DNA of 64,000 bases from Alphaproteobacteria bacterium (GCA_965243135.1 OZ251539.1:1472001-1536000); one strand, 5' to 3'. Positions 1 through 10,459 are shown, counted from the first letter of the stretch. Numbers and translations: made by a program. Notes: a model not told the origin generated them from the sequence alone.

Positions 1-889
1 ACCGCGAGGTCCATGCCGCGATCTCCGATCTGAGCGCGCTTTCGTTCGCGTTGCGGTCGGCGTTGGTCCGGTATCTCTCGTCCGTCGCCAGATCCGGGCG
101 GCCGATCGCCTTGCAAAAGGCCTGGAACGCCCGGTCGGTGGTGACTACCAGAACGACGTGCCCGTCGGCGGTCTCGAACGCGTCGACCGGATAGGTCACG
201 GGATGGCGGCTCCCGATTCTGACCGGCGACTTGTCGGCGTAGAACTGAATCCCGAGGACCGTCAGCATCATGGAATACACCGAATCCAGCATGGCGACGT
301 CGAGATAGCGCCCTTTGCCGGTTCGCTCCCGAGCGAAAAGGGCGGTCGAGATGCCCCAGGCGGCGAACATGCCGGCGCATACGTCGACGACCGATTCCCC
401 GACCGCCGTGGGCGGGCCGTCGCGCTGGCCCGTGACGTGCATCAACCCGCTCATCGCCTGCACGATAAGGTCGTACGCGGGCCGGTCGGCGAGCGGTCCG
501 TCCTGTCCGAACCCGGAAATGCTGGCGTAAACGAGTCTGGGGTTGACCGGCTCGAGCGACGCGTAGTCGAGTCCGAGGCGTTTGGCGACGCCCGGACGGA
601 AGTTTTCGACGACGACGTCGCAGGACGCCGCCAGCGCAACCGCGACGTCCCGACCCGATTTGAGATCCAGGGCCATACTCTTCTTGCCGCGGTTGAGCAG
701 CATGAAATAGGCGCTCTCGCCGTCGGCGAACGGACCGAAATGGCGGCTGTCGTCGCCTCTGCCCGGCATTTCTATCTTGATGACTTCGGCGCCGAGATCC
801 GCGAGCATGGCGGAGCAGAACGGTCCGGACATCACGCGCGAGAGGTCCAGCACGCGAACGCCCTCCAGCAGAAGATCCCCGGCGGCCAT
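1..889 (-). CDS. CaiB/BaiF family III CoA-transferase (3' end runs off the window)
   Basis: Manual translation from ATG 889 gives MAAGDLLLEGVRVLDLSRVMSGPFCSAMLADLGAEVIKIE...LNRGKKS, the family signature. Absent from the ORF track because it is truncated. Confidence 0.9.
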   Translation of the reverse strand, partial: MAAGDLLLEGVRVLDLSRVMSGPFCSAMLADLGAEVIKIEMPGRGDDSRHFGPFADGESAYFMLLNRGKKSMALDLKSGRDVAVALAASCDVVVENFRPGVAKRLGLDYASLEPVNPRLVYASISGFGQDGPLADRPAYDLIVQAMSGLMHVTGQRDGPPTAVGESVVDVCAGMFAAWGISTALFARERTGKGRYLDVAMLDSVYSMMLTVLGIQFYADKSPVRIGSRHPVTYPVDAFETADGHVVLVVTTDRAFQAFCKAIGRPDLATDERYRTNADRNANESALRSEIAAWTSR

Positions 890-1305
890 CAGACTTCGCC
901 CGCTCTCGGCGTTCCCGCTCCTCCGGCGGGCGCAGGCGAAAAATTCCCGCGAACGGCAGGCGGACGGACCGGACCGGGCGGTGGCGCCGCGATGCGCCGA
1001 CTGTGCGGCATGCAGATCCTCGTTATTCGCGAGGAAAGCATAACGGAACCGGCGCGCGCCATCCACCGGCCGGCTGCGGAAATCGTCGGCGCGTTTTTCG
1101 GCGGCCGGTTCCTGCCGACGCAACGGAGTCGCGCGCTGCGAGACGGCGATCGCGTTTCCGAGCGACGGTCGCCAAGGCCGCCGGCTCCGGATTCGCAGCC
1201 GTTCCGGCGACGCGGAGGGACGGCGGTTCGCGCTCGTAGCCCTCCGTCTGTTGCGCATGCGACCGGCGCTCGTTAGACTGCCGACGGCAAACAGGGAGGC
1301 GGGAC

Positions 1306-2328
1306 ATGATCTCGAAATGCACGAAAATTGCGCTTTCGGCCGCTGGCGCCGTCGCCGCGCTTTCGGTCGGCGCGGAAGCGCAGACCTTTCGTTACAGCCA
1401 GTGGCTGCCGGTCGGACACTTCTCGCAGAGCGAGGTAATGCACGTCTGGTTCAAGGATATCGAGAAGGCGACGGAGGGCAGGGTGAAGATCCAGCCGACC
1501 GCGAAGGGTCTTGGAGCTCCGCCGCGCCAGTACCAGCTCGCCATCGACGGAATCGCCGACGTCGCATGGGCTCCCCATGGTTACACGCCGGGCGTGCATC
1601 CGCTGAGCGAGATGGCGGAATTGCCGTTTGTCACGCGCAGCACGGAAGCGAATTCAGTAGCTTATTGGAAAGTGTTCAAGAAGTATCTTCAGCCGGGCGG
1701 CATGCACAAGGAAGTGCATACGCTCACCGTGCACGTTCACCCCGCCGGGCACCTCTACAACAACAAGCGCGAGGTTCTGCAACTCGACGACCTGAAGGGG
1801 ATCAAGTTCAGAATCCCGAACCGGATGGTCTCCGAGGCGCTCAAGATGTTCGGAGCCGTTCCGGTGGCCGGTCCCGTGACGCAGCTGCGGAACGGATTGG
1901 CGAAGGGAGTCTATGACGGCACCGGTTTCACGGACGAGGCGGTCTACAATTTCAAGATCAGCAAGTTCATCAAGTACGTGACCAGGTTTCCGGGCGGCCT
2001 CTACAACACCAGTTTCTTTTGCGTGATGAACAAGAACGCATGGAACAAGGTCGCCAAGGAAGATCAAGCCGCCGTCATGAAGCTGTCCGGCGCGGCGTTC
2101 GGCGAACGGCTGGGCGTCGTCTGGGATCGTTACGACAACGCCGCTCCGGCGAAACTGAAGGCGGACGGCGCCAAGTATCACGTTTTGGAGGGATCGGCGC
2201 TGGCCAAGGCCAAGTCGACCCTCGCGGCGTTCGAACGGAACTGGATCGCCAAGGCGAAGGAAAAGGGCGTGGACGGCGGCGCCGCGCTCGAAATGTTCCG
2301 CGCCGAAGTCGCGGCGCACGGCACCTGA
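1306..2328 (+). CDS. dctP: TRAP transporter substrate-binding protein
   Basis: Signal peptide; IEKATEGRVKI and LKGIKFRIP motifs; followed by small and large TRAP permeases. Confidence 0.92.
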   Translation: MISKCTKIALSAAGAVAALSVGAEAQTFRYSQWLPVGHFSQSEVMHVWFKDIEKATEGRVKIQPTAKGLGAPPRQYQLAIDGIADVAWAPHGYTPGVHPLSEMAELPFVTRSTEANSVAYWKVFKKYLQPGGMHKEVHTLTVHVHPAGHLYNNKREVLQLDDLKGIKFRIPNRMVSEALKMFGAVPVAGPVTQLRNGLAKGVYDGTGFTDEAVYNFKISKFIKYVTRFPGGLYNTSFFCVMNKNAWNKVAKEDQAAVMKLSGAAFGERLGVVWDRYDNAAPAKLKADGAKYHVLEGSALAKAKSTLAAFERNWIAKAKEKGVDGGAALEMFRAEVAAHGT

Positions 2329-2340
2329 TCCGGCGAGCCG

Positions 2341-2362
2341 GCCGCCCCGCCTGAGGGGCGGC
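2341..2362 (+). other. Intergenic GC-rich stem-loop after dctP (possible mRNA-stabilising hairpin)
   Basis: GCCGCCCC-gcctga-GGGGCGGC, 8-bp stem, no U-tract. Confidence 0.45.
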
Positions 2363-2379
2363 GGCGACTTCGCGGAAAC

Positions 2380-2910
2380 ATGAACCGACGCATGCCCGGG
2401 CCGGAGCGCTGGTTGGCTTGCCTCACCCGCGCTCTCGACCGCTCGCTCGGGCGTGCGGTCGCCGCCATCATGTTCGCGATGATGGCCTTGACGTTCTGCG
2501 ACGTCGTCGGCCGGCAGGGCTTCGATTCGCCCATCAGCGGTGCCAACGAATTGACGGAGATCGGTCTCGGCTTCGTCGTCTATTTGGGATTGCCGCTCGT
2601 CTGCCTGCGCCGGGAGCACATAACCATCGGCCTCATGGCCGGACTGTTTCGGGGGGCGGCGCTGAGAGCGCAGCACGTCGCGCTCAACCTGATATTCGCG
2701 GCGGTTTCGTTCGTCTGGGCGCGTGAGGTCTGGAGGCAGGCGGGGGCGCTCCGGGATTCGAACTCCGAGTTCATGTTCCTTCAGATCGACGTCTCGCCGT
2801 TCGTCTACGTAATGAGCGCGTTCACCTTCTTCGCGGCGCTGATCTTTCTTTTTCTCGCGTGGTGCTATCTGCGGGGCGCGGCTCCGAAGTCCTCGGGGGA
2901 GGGCGGTTAG
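2380..2910 (+). CDS. dctQ: TRAP transporter small permease
   Basis: About 4 TM segments; DVVGR...GANELT...EHITI pattern. Confidence 0.9.
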   Translation: MNRRMPGPERWLACLTRALDRSLGRAVAAIMFAMMALTFCDVVGRQGFDSPISGANELTEIGLGFVVYLGLPLVCLRREHITIGLMAGLFRGAALRAQHVALNLIFAAVSFVWAREVWRQAGALRDSNSEFMFLQIDVSPFVYVMSAFTFFAALIFLFLAWCYLRGAAPKSSGEGG

Positions 2911-2913
2911 GCC

Positions 2914-4206
2914 GTGGAAGCCGTCGTCGTCGCCTTCGCCGCGCTCTTCGCGCTTTTGTTTCTGCAGGTTCCGATTTCGTTCGGGATGGCGATCGTGGGC
3001 ACGATCGGCTTCGGCTACTATGTCGGGTTTGGACCGGCGTTCCGCAGCATCGGCAGCACGGCCGTCGACACGGTCATGGTCTACGATTTTTCCGTGCTTC
3101 CGCTTTTCATCCTGATGGGCAATTTCGTCGCGCGATCCGGCATTTCCCACGACCTGTACGAGGCGTCGAACGCCTGGCTCGGCCACCGGCGCGGCGGCCT
3201 CGCCATGGCCACGGTCGTCGCCTGCGGGGGATTCAGCGCGGTTTGCGGCTCGAGTCTCGCCACGGTCGCCACGATGTCGAAGGTCGCCATCCCTTCGATG
3301 CGCAAGTTCGGTTACGACGAACGCCTCGCGACGGGCTCGATCGCGGCCGGCGGCACGCTCGGCATTCTGATTCCGCCGAGCGTCGCGCTGGTGTTCTACG
3401 GAATCATGACCGAAACCGACATCGGGCAACTCTTTGCCGCAGGTATCGTGCCCGGCGTTCTCGGCATCTTTCTGTACGCGGCGGCCGTCGCGGTGATGAC
3501 CCGCATCAATCCCGAGCTGGGCCCGCCCGGAGAGCGTCTTCCCTGGCGCGAGAGATTTGGCGCGCTGCGCGGAATCTGGGGAATGCTTCTGCTTTTCCTG
3601 ATCGTCATGGGCGGCATATACGGCGGCGTTTTCACGCCCACGGAAGCCGCCGGAATAGGCGCGTTCGGCGCTTTCGCGATCGCCTTGCTGCGCGGCCGCC
3701 TCACGCTCGCGATCACGCTCGACGCCCTTGCCGAAACCGGGCGGACGACGGCCATGCTTCTGGCTTTGCTGATCGGCTCTTTGCTTTTCGCCAATTTCAT
3801 CAACGTCGCCCGGGTCCCCAACGAGATCGCCGACTGGTTCGCGAGCATAAACGCGACGCCGATCATGGTGGTCGTCGTCTGCATCGCCGTCTACATCCTG
3901 CTGGGATGCATTCTCGAAAGCATTTCGATGATGCTGCTGACCGTGCCGGTGTTCTATCCGGTCATGCAGTCGCTCGGGCTCGACCTCGTATGGTTCGGCA
4001 TCGTCGTGGTGGTGGTGATCGAGATCAGCCTGATTACGCCGCCGATCGGGCTCAACGTGTTCGTTCTGAAGTCGATGCTTCCGGAAGTGGAACTTACGCG
4101 GATATTTCGCGGCGTCCTGCCGTTCATTGCCGCCGACATCGTACGAGTAACGCTGATCGTCGCGGTTCCGGGGATTTCGCTTTTCCTGCCGCGCCTCATG
4201 GAATAA
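2914..4206 (+). CDS. dctM: TRAP transporter large permease
   Basis: Highly hydrophobic; GGTLGILIPPS, FTPTEAA and ITPPIGLNVF motifs. Confidence 0.95.
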   Translation: MEAVVVAFAALFALLFLQVPISFGMAIVGTIGFGYYVGFGPAFRSIGSTAVDTVMVYDFSVLPLFILMGNFVARSGISHDLYEASNAWLGHRRGGLAMATVVACGGFSAVCGSSLATVATMSKVAIPSMRKFGYDERLATGSIAAGGTLGILIPPSVALVFYGIMTETDIGQLFAAGIVPGVLGIFLYAAAVAVMTRINPELGPPGERLPWRERFGALRGIWGMLLLFLIVMGGIYGGVFTPTEAAGIGAFGAFAIALLRGRLTLAITLDALAETGRTTAMLLALLIGSLLFANFINVARVPNEIADWFASINATPIMVVVVCIAVYILLGCILESISMMLLTVPVFYPVMQSLGLDLVWFGIVVVVVIEISLITPPIGLNVFVLKSMLPEVELTRIFRGVLPFIAADIVRVTLIVAVPGISLFLPRLME

Positions 4207-4261
4207 GGCCGGCGGGCCGTCGGTTGCGAATCGGCGGCGCTGGCGCCTGGCTTTCGGCGGT

Positions 4262-4858
4262 TTACCGGGCCTCGATGGCTGGATCGGGCACGACGCTGAT
4301 CAGCACGTTCAGGTCGCCGGGTCCGCCGCCGCCGAATCCCTCGATGCCGAAGCCGCGCACGGTGACGACGTCGCCGTTCGACGCGCCCTGGGGAACGTCG
4401 ATGGCCACGGTCAACCCGGTCATCGTGTTGACGAGCTTGCACGCGCCTTCGCGCGCTTCGGTTTCGGTGACTTCCAGGTTCTCGGCGAGGTCTTCCCCCC
4501 TCATCCAGAGGGAAGTCGCCGCCGCGCCCTTGACGCGCCCGAGCCTGGTTCCTGCGATATCGCCGTACAGGTCGATGGTGCGTTCGCCGGTCGCCTCGTC
4601 GATCTCGAATTCGAACCAGGCGCCGCCTTTCTCCCACGGCCGCGGTTCGCCGGTCGCCGCGGAGCGGTCGTAGGCGACGCGTCTGCCGTTGTCCGCGAGC
4701 AGATTGTATGCGGCCGTCACTTCCTTGAAGCGCTCCGCGGCCGCCTCGTCGCCCGCATTCGCGTCCGGATGCAGTTCCTTCGCGAGTTTCCTGTATGCGC
4801 GCTTGATTTCGTCGAGCGGAGCCTTGCGATCGACCCCGAGAATTTCGTAAGGGGACAT
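4262..4858 (-). CDS. Short J-domain (DnaJ/CbpA-like) protein
   Basis: MSPYEILGV...IKRAYRKLAKELHPD...FKEVTAAY J-domain plus a C-terminal G-x-G...GDL-x-V segment; no Zn finger; start re-assigned to ATG 4858. Confidence 0.85.
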   Translation of the reverse strand: MSPYEILGVDRKAPLDEIKRAYRKLAKELHPDANAGDEAAAERFKEVTAAYNLLADNGRRVAYDRSAATGEPRPWEKGGAWFEFEIDEATGERTIDLYGDIAGTRLGRVKGAAATSLWMRGEDLAENLEVTETEAREGACKLVNTMTGLTVAIDVPQGASNGDVVTVRGFGIEGFGGGGPGDLNVLISVVPDPAIEAR

Positions 4859-5420
4859 TCCGGCAGTGTCGTCGCCTTGCGGGGCCGGGTCAACGCGCGC
4901 CGACCGTGAGATGTCTTGCGTCGGGCGCGGGTTGCGAGGCGCCTTTCGGCGGACGGGCGGACCGCGGAAAGGCGGGGCAGGGGAGAGCCGATCGCCTTCC
5001 GCGACGATCCGCGGCGATTTCTCCTTGCCGCCTCGCCGGGAGCGGCGACCGGGCTCGCGCATTGCCCGTTTCGACGGAGCCCGCGGCCAACGCAGGCTTC
5101 GCCGGAGCGAAAAATCCTGCGGCACGCGCTGCCGGCCGTTGCGATTCGTCGGAACTGCTCTATGAGTGCCGCAGCGGCTCCGGTCGAGCCGCTGCGGTGT
5201 ACCTAACCGCGCTGACAAAGTCCGCGCTCCGCTGCCCAGCCCACGGCATCGGGGCGCGGCGCTTTCGGCAGGAGAAGGGCCGCCCTCGACTTTGGCCTGA
5301 CCGCCTTCCGCCGAACGCCTTGGAACCGGCTCGTTCGGCGAGCCGCGGATCGCCCAACCCAGCGCGCTGACGGAAGCATCTTGCGGGGCTGCGGCATGAC
5401 GCGCAACGGGGGATTTCCCG

Positions 5421-5429
5421 TTATCCACA
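5421..5429 (+). promoter_or_regulatory. Perfect DnaA-box consensus
   Basis: TTATCCACA in intergenic DNA; function unproven. Confidence 0.4.
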
Positions 5430-5503
5430 GATTCGCGGAATTTTTGAGGACGGGCGGTGGACAAACCGACGTTCCGGCCGCGTCGGTCGACGGTCGGAAA
5501 AAC

Positions 5504-5578
5504 TGGTGCCGCCGGAGTGGATTGAACACTCGACCTCACCCTTACCAAGGGTGCGCTCTACCACTGAGCTACGGCGGC
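5504..5578 (-). tRNA. tRNA-Thr(GGT)
   Basis: Reverse complement GCCGCCGTAGCTCAGTGGTAGAGCGCACCCTTGGTAAGGGTGAGGTCGAGTGTTCAATCCACTCCGGCGGCACCA forms a cloverleaf with encoded CCA. Confidence 0.97.
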
Positions 5579-5650
5579 ACGCCCGGCAGTCTGCCACTTT
5601 GCGCGCCGAAGTTCAACTGCAATAAAGCGCCGAAGAGGTTATTCTCGGGC

Positions 5651-5803
5651 ATGACCGCATCCGACAAGCTTTCCGAAAAGGACGCCGCGCGCCGTGAACG
5701 CCTGGCCCGACAACTTCGCGAGAACCTGCAACGGCGCAAGCGACAGGCCCGGGCGCGGCGTTCTTCGAATTCGAGCGACGGCGATTCCGGCGATGACGCC
5801 TGA
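5651..5803 (+). CDS. Small basic hypothetical protein upstream of murA
   Basis: RRERLARQLRENLQRRKRQARAR resembles the small ORF commonly found before murA in Alphaproteobacteria. Confidence 0.65.
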   Translation: MTASDKLSEKDAARRERLARQLRENLQRRKRQARARRSSNSSDGDSGDDA

Positions 5804-5878
5804 CGGCGTCGCGAGCGGCGCCGTCCGCCGGTTCGCCGGAATTCCGCCCGGCGCGGCACCGGCCGTTTTCCGGACCGG

Positions 5879-7144
5879 GTGATGGACAGGATCGTCGTTC
5901 AGGGAGGCAACCCGCTCGTAGGCTCGATCCGGGTGAGCGGCGCGAAGAACGCCGCGCTGCCCCTCATGGCGACGAGTCTGCTGACCGAAGAGACGCTGAC
6001 TCTGGCGAACCTGCCGGAACTCGTCGACATATCGACGATGGCCGAACTGTTGCTTCAGCACGGTGCCGTCGTGACGCGCGAGGCCGACGGACGGCTTCTC
6101 CTGAAAGCCGCCGACATCGACAATCTCGTCGCGCCTTACGATCTCGTGCGCCGCATGCGGGCGTCGATTCTCGTTCTCGGGCCGCTGACCGCGCGTTTCG
6201 GAGAAGCGTCGGTGTCTCTGCCGGGAGGTTGCGCCATCGGCACCCGCCCGGTCGATCTCCACATCGCCGGACTCGAGCGGCTCGGCGCCAGGATCTCGCT
6301 GGACGGAGGATACGTCATGGCGCACGCTCCCGGAGGCCTTCGCGGCGACCGCTTCGTCTTTCCCTCCGTATCGGTGGGCGCGACGGAAAACCTGATGATG
6401 GCGGCGACCCTTGCGAGAGGGGAGACGGCCTTGGAGAACGCGGCTCGCGAACCCGAAATCGTCGACCTCGCGGATTGCCTCGCCGCCATGGGCGCGAAGA
6501 TCGAGGGAGCGGGGACCGGCAAGATCTTCGTTCAGGGCGTCGACCGGCTCGGCGGCGCCGAACACGTCGTGATCGCGGATCGCATCGAAACCGGCACCTA
6601 CGCCATGGCGGCCGCGATGACCGGCGGAAAGCTCGACCTCGTGGGCGCGCGGCCGGAACTCCTGGAAGCGGCGCTCCGGACCCTCGAAGAGGCGGGCCTG
6701 GAGTTCGAGGCGACGGCCCGCGGACTCCGGGCCGGCCTGGCGCGCGGCGGCCTGCGCGGCACGGACGTCGCGACCGGTCCGTATCCCGGGTTTCCCACGG
6801 ATCTGCAGGCGCAGATGATGGTGTTGATGTCGGTGGCTCGCGGCGAATCCACGATCACCGAGACGATCTTCGAGAATCGCTTCATGCACGTTCCCGAACT
6901 GGCGCGGATGGGCGCGAGAGTGGACGTGCGGGGCGCTTCGGCCGTGGTGCGCGGCGTCGGCGGCCTGACCGGCGCGGAGGTGATGGCGACCGATCTGCGG
7001 GCGTCGGTTTCGCTGGTTCTGGCGGGCCTCGCGGCCAGGGGCGAAACCGCGGTGCGGAGGGTGTACCATCTGGATCGGGGATACGAAGCGATCGAGGAAA
7101 AGCTTTCCGGCTGCGGAGCGGTCATCGAGCGGATGAAGGAGTGA
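5879..7144 (+). CDS. murA: UDP-N-acetylglucosamine 1-carboxyvinyltransferase
   Basis: [31 protein letters not shown] (catalytic Cys), DLRAS. Confidence 0.98.
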   Translation: MMDRIVVQGGNPLVGSIRVSGAKNAALPLMATSLLTEETLTLANLPELVDISTMAELLLQHGAVVTREADGRLLLKAADIDNLVAPYDLVRRMRASILVLGPLTARFGEASVSLPGGCAIGTRPVDLHIAGLERLGARISLDGGYVMAHAPGGLRGDRFVFPSVSVGATENLMMAATLARGETALENAAREPEIVDLADCLAAMGAKIEGAGTGKIFVQGVDRLGGAEHVVIADRIETGTYAMAAAMTGGKLDLVGARPELLEAALRTLEEAGLEFEATARGLRAGLARGGLRGTDVATGPYPGFPTDLQAQMMVLMSVARGESTITETIFENRFMHVPELARMGARVDVRGASAVVRGVGGLTGAEVMATDLRASVSLVLAGLAARGETAVRRVYHLDRGYEAIEEKLSGCGAVIERMKE

Positions 7145-7147
7145 CGC

Positions 7148-7594
7148 TTGCAGGACGACTCCCTTAAACTCGCCGCCGCCGACGCGGAGGACCTCGATAT
7201 CCTCTCCGCGTTGCTGCAGGACGCGGTCGTTCCGGTCGGCGACATGACCTACATCCCGTCCGAGCGCCGGTTCGTCCTCGTCGCGTGCAGGTTCCGCTGG
7301 GAAGACGCGCCGCGGATGCCCGGGCGCATTTACCAGCGCGTGCGGTGCGGAATCGCCTTCGACAGGGTGTCGGCGGTCCGCCGCCGCAACTTCGACCGTC
7401 GCGAGCGAATGTTCGACATGTTGGCGCTGAAGGCGGGCGACGGGTGTGTGGATCTGGTATTCGCGGGCGGGGCGACGGTTCGGCTCGTGACCGACCGGAT
7501 CGTGTGCCATGCGGAGGATTTCGGCGAGCCGTGGCCGACCCGCTGGCGGCCCGATCACCCGCTCGACGGCGGCAAGCCCGGGGAAGGCGAATGA
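7148..7594 (+). CDS. DUF2948 family protein
   Basis: LKLAAADAEDLDILSALLQDAV...RFRWE...LVFAGG; conserved position between murA and his genes. Confidence 0.85.
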   Translation: MQDDSLKLAAADAEDLDILSALLQDAVVPVGDMTYIPSERRFVLVACRFRWEDAPRMPGRIYQRVRCGIAFDRVSAVRRRNFDRRERMFDMLALKAGDGCVDLVFAGGATVRLVTDRIVCHAEDFGEPWPTRWRPDHPLDGGKPGEGE

Positions 7595-8259
7595 ACGCTG
7601 ACGACGGCCTGCGCTTCGCCACGCCGCGAGGGCGCATTCTCGACGAGTTGATGCCGCTGCTGAGGCAGGCCGGGATCGCGCCGGAGGCCTCTTTTTCGGA
7701 CGAGCGGGAGCGCAAGCTCCAGTTCGCGACGAACATGCCGGAACTTTCGCTTCTGCGCGTGCGGTCTTTCGACGTCGCGACCATCGTCGCTTTCGGCGGC
7801 GCGCAGTTCGGCGTGGCCGGGCGCGACGTGCTCATGGAGTTCGACTATCCGGAGATCTACGCGCCCCTCGATCTCGCGATCGGGCATTGCCGCATGGTCG
7901 TGGCCGAGCCAGAGGAGCTTCGCCGGAACGACAATCCCGCTTCGTGGAGTCACGTCCGCGTGGCGACCAAGTATCCGGAAGTCACGCGCCGGCATTTCGC
8001 CGCCCGCGGCGTGCAGGCCGAATGCGTCAAATTGAACGGGGCGGTCGAAATCGCTCCGTCCCTCGGACTGTGCCGCCGCATCGTCGATCTCGTTTCCACC
8101 GGCTCGACCCTGAAGGCCAATGGCCTCGTCGAAATCGAGGAGGTCGCTTCCATCACGTCGTGCCTGATCGTCAATCGGGCGGCGCTCAAGACGCGGTCCG
8201 CCGAATTGCACGGCTGGATCGACCGATTCAGAAAGGTCGTCGATGCCGCTCAGACTTGA
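7591..8259 (+). CDS. hisG: ATP phosphoribosyltransferase, short form (HisZ-dependent)
   Basis: PRGRI, VATKYP, KLNGAVEIAP, IVDLVSTGSTLKANGL; about 222 aa; start ATG 7591. Confidence 0.95.
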   Translation: MNADDGLRFATPRGRILDELMPLLRQAGIAPEASFSDERERKLQFATNMPELSLLRVRSFDVATIVAFGGAQFGVAGRDVLMEFDYPEIYAPLDLAIGHCRMVVAEPEELRRNDNPASWSHVRVATKYPEVTRRHFAARGVQAECVKLNGAVEIAPSLGLCRRIVDLVSTGSTLKANGLVEIEEVASITSCLIVNRAALKTRSAELHGWIDRFRKVVDAAQT

Positions 8260-9547
8260 CGCTGCCGATCCCGCCTTCGCCGCGGACTTCTCCGCGTTCG
8301 TCGCCGCGCGCCGCGGCGTCGCGGAAAACGTCGCGGCGGCGGTGGCTGACATCGTCGCCGACGTACGGAAGCGCGGCAGCGACGCGGTGCTCGACTACAC
8401 CCGGCGCTTCGACGGGCTGGATCTTGCCGCGAGCGGCGACCTCGTTTTTTCGGCGGACGAGATCGCGCGCGCGCGCGACCGCTGCGACCCGGCGCAAGTC
8501 GACGCCCTGGAATTCGCCGCGGCCCGGATCCGCGAGTTTCACGAGCGCCAGCGTCCGGACGGATTCGCCTATACCGACGAGGACGGAGTCAGGCTCGGCC
8601 TCCGCTGGACTCCGGTATCGTCGGCGGGAATCTACGTGCCGGGCGGCGCGGCGGCCTACCCTAGTTCGGCGTTGATGAACGCGATACCCGCCGCGGTCGC
8701 TGGCGTTCCCCGGATCGTCATGGCGGTGCCGACGCCGGGCGGGAACGTCAACCCGCTCGTTCTCGCGGCGGCGGAGATCGCCGGCGTCGGAGAGGTCCAT
8801 CGCATGGGCGGCGCCCAGGCGATCGCGGCGCTGGCCTGGGGCACCGACGTTCTCGATCCGGTCGACAAGATCGCCGGGCCGGGCAACGTCTGGGTTGCCG
8901 AAGCCAAGCGCCAGGCGTTCGGCGCGGTCGGAATCGATATGATCGCCGGCCCGTCGGAGATCCTCGTCGTCGCCGACCGGGAGAACGATCCCGCGTGGAT
9001 AGCGGCCGACCTCCTGTCGCAAGCCGAGCACGACGTCAGCGCGCAGGCGATCCTGATTACGGACGACGCCGGATTCGCCGATGCGGTCGAAGCGGCGGCC
9101 CGGACGCTTCTGGAGACGCTGCCCCGCGCCGAGATCGCCGGCGCCAGCTGGGAGGGCCACGGCGCGATCGTGGTCGTCGGCGCGCTCGCCGACGCGCCGC
9201 CGCTCGTCGACCGGATTGCTCCCGAACATCTGGAACTCGCCGTCTCGGACCCGGATCCGCTCGCCGAACGAGTCCGTCACGCCGGCGCGATCTTCTTCGG
9301 AAGGCACACGCCCGAGGCGGTCGGCGACTACGTCGCCGGACCCAACCACGTGTTGCCGACCGACGGGAGCGCGCGCTTTTCGTCCGGGCTCGGGGTTGCC
9401 GACTTCATGAAACGGACGACGCTGGTGGGTTGCGACGACCGGGCGCTGGCGAGGATCGGACCCGCGGCGGCGACGCTGGCGGCCGCGGAAGGTCTGGCCG
9501 CCCATGCGCTGTCGGTGTCGCTCCGGCTCGGCGAGGCGGAGCGTTGA
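8243..9547 (+). CDS. hisD: Histidinol dehydrogenase
   Basis: GIYVPGG, IDMIAGPSE, DLLSQAEHD, APEHLEL, GPNHVLPT. Confidence 0.98.
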   Translation: MPLRLDAADPAFAADFSAFVAARRGVAENVAAAVADIVADVRKRGSDAVLDYTRRFDGLDLAASGDLVFSADEIARARDRCDPAQVDALEFAAARIREFHERQRPDGFAYTDEDGVRLGLRWTPVSSAGIYVPGGAAAYPSSALMNAIPAAVAGVPRIVMAVPTPGGNVNPLVLAAAEIAGVGEVHRMGGAQAIAALAWGTDVLDPVDKIAGPGNVWVAEAKRQAFGAVGIDMIAGPSEILVVADRENDPAWIAADLLSQAEHDVSAQAILITDDAGFADAVEAAARTLLETLPRAEIAGASWEGHGAIVVVGALADAPPLVDRIAPEHLELAVSDPDPLAERVRHAGAIFFGRHTPEAVGDYVAGPNHVLPTDGSARFSSGLGVADFMKRTTLVGCDDRALARIGPAAATLAAAEGLAAHALSVSLRLGEAER

Positions 9548-9557
9548 CGCGCCGGCC

Positions 9558-10022
9558 ATGAGCCGACTGATCGACGTGCGGCTCGACGACGCCAACTTCC
9601 ATGCGCGCAATCCGGAAGTCGAGCACGAACGCCGCGTGGCGATTTTCGATCTGCTTGAGGAGAACAGCTTCGCGCTCGCGGGCGGCGACGCCGGACCCTA
9701 CGCTCTCCGCCTCTCGCGAGAGGAAAACCGGCTGATATTCGAAGTGAGCGGCGAGGACGGCGGGCATCTCGCCGACGTGCCGCTGTCGCTGTCCTCGCTG
9801 CGCAAGATCATTCGGGACTACTTCACCGTCTGCGAGAGCTATTACGACGCGATCAAGAACGCGAGCCCCTCGAAGATCGAGGCAATCGACATGGGGCGGC
9901 GCGGGCTTCACGACGAGGGCGCGGAGATTCTCAGGACGGCGCTCGCCGACCGGATCGAAATCGACGAAAGCACGGCGCGGCGGTTGTTTACGCTGATCTG
10001 CGTGCTTCACGTGCGGGGTTGA
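9558..10022 (+). CDS. UPF0262 family protein
   Basis: EHERRVAIFDLLEEN, IEAIDMGRRGLHDEGA, TARRLFTLICVLH. Confidence 0.92.
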   Translation: MSRLIDVRLDDANFHARNPEVEHERRVAIFDLLEENSFALAGGDAGPYALRLSREENRLIFEVSGEDGGHLADVPLSLSSLRKIIRDYFTVCESYYDAIKNASPSKIEAIDMGRRGLHDEGAEILRTALADRIEIDESTARRLFTLICVLHVRG

Positions 10023-10027
10023 AGGCG

Positions 10028-10459
10028 ATGTCCGTCCGCCCGTCCAGCGTCCTTTTCGTTTGCAGCGAGAACGCCCTGCGCTCGCCGATGGCCGAGGCGT
10101 TGACCAAGGCCGGTTTCGGCTCGGAGGTCTTCGTCGATTCGGTGGGAGTGCGCGACGGCGACCTCGACGCCATGGCGATAGCCGTGATGGAAGAAATCGG
10201 CGTCGACCTGTCGCGCCACAAGTCGAAGCGCCTCGCCGATCTCATGGACACGTCGTTCGAACTTATCGTGACCCTGTCGCCGGAGGCGCAGCACAAGGCC
10301 ATCGAACTGACCCGGGTCACGGCTTCCGAGGTCGAGTATTGGCCGACGCCGGATCCGTCGGTCGCGGAAGGACATAGGGAATCGCGCCTTATCGCCTACC
10401 GCGAATTGCGCGACTATCTGCGAACGCGGATCGAGCGGCGCTTTCGCGGCGAGGGCTGA
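10028..10459 (+). CDS. Low-molecular-weight phosphatase/ArsC-like protein
   Basis: [15 protein letters not shown]-loop (CxxNxxRS) and a C-terminal PDP. Confidence 0.88.
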   Translation: MSVRPSSVLFVCSENALRSPMAEALTKAGFGSEVFVDSVGVRDGDLDAMAIAVMEEIGVDLSRHKSKRLADLMDTSFELIVTLSPEAQHKAIELTRVTASEVEYWPTPDPSVAEGHRESRLIAYRELRDYLRTRIERRFRGEG

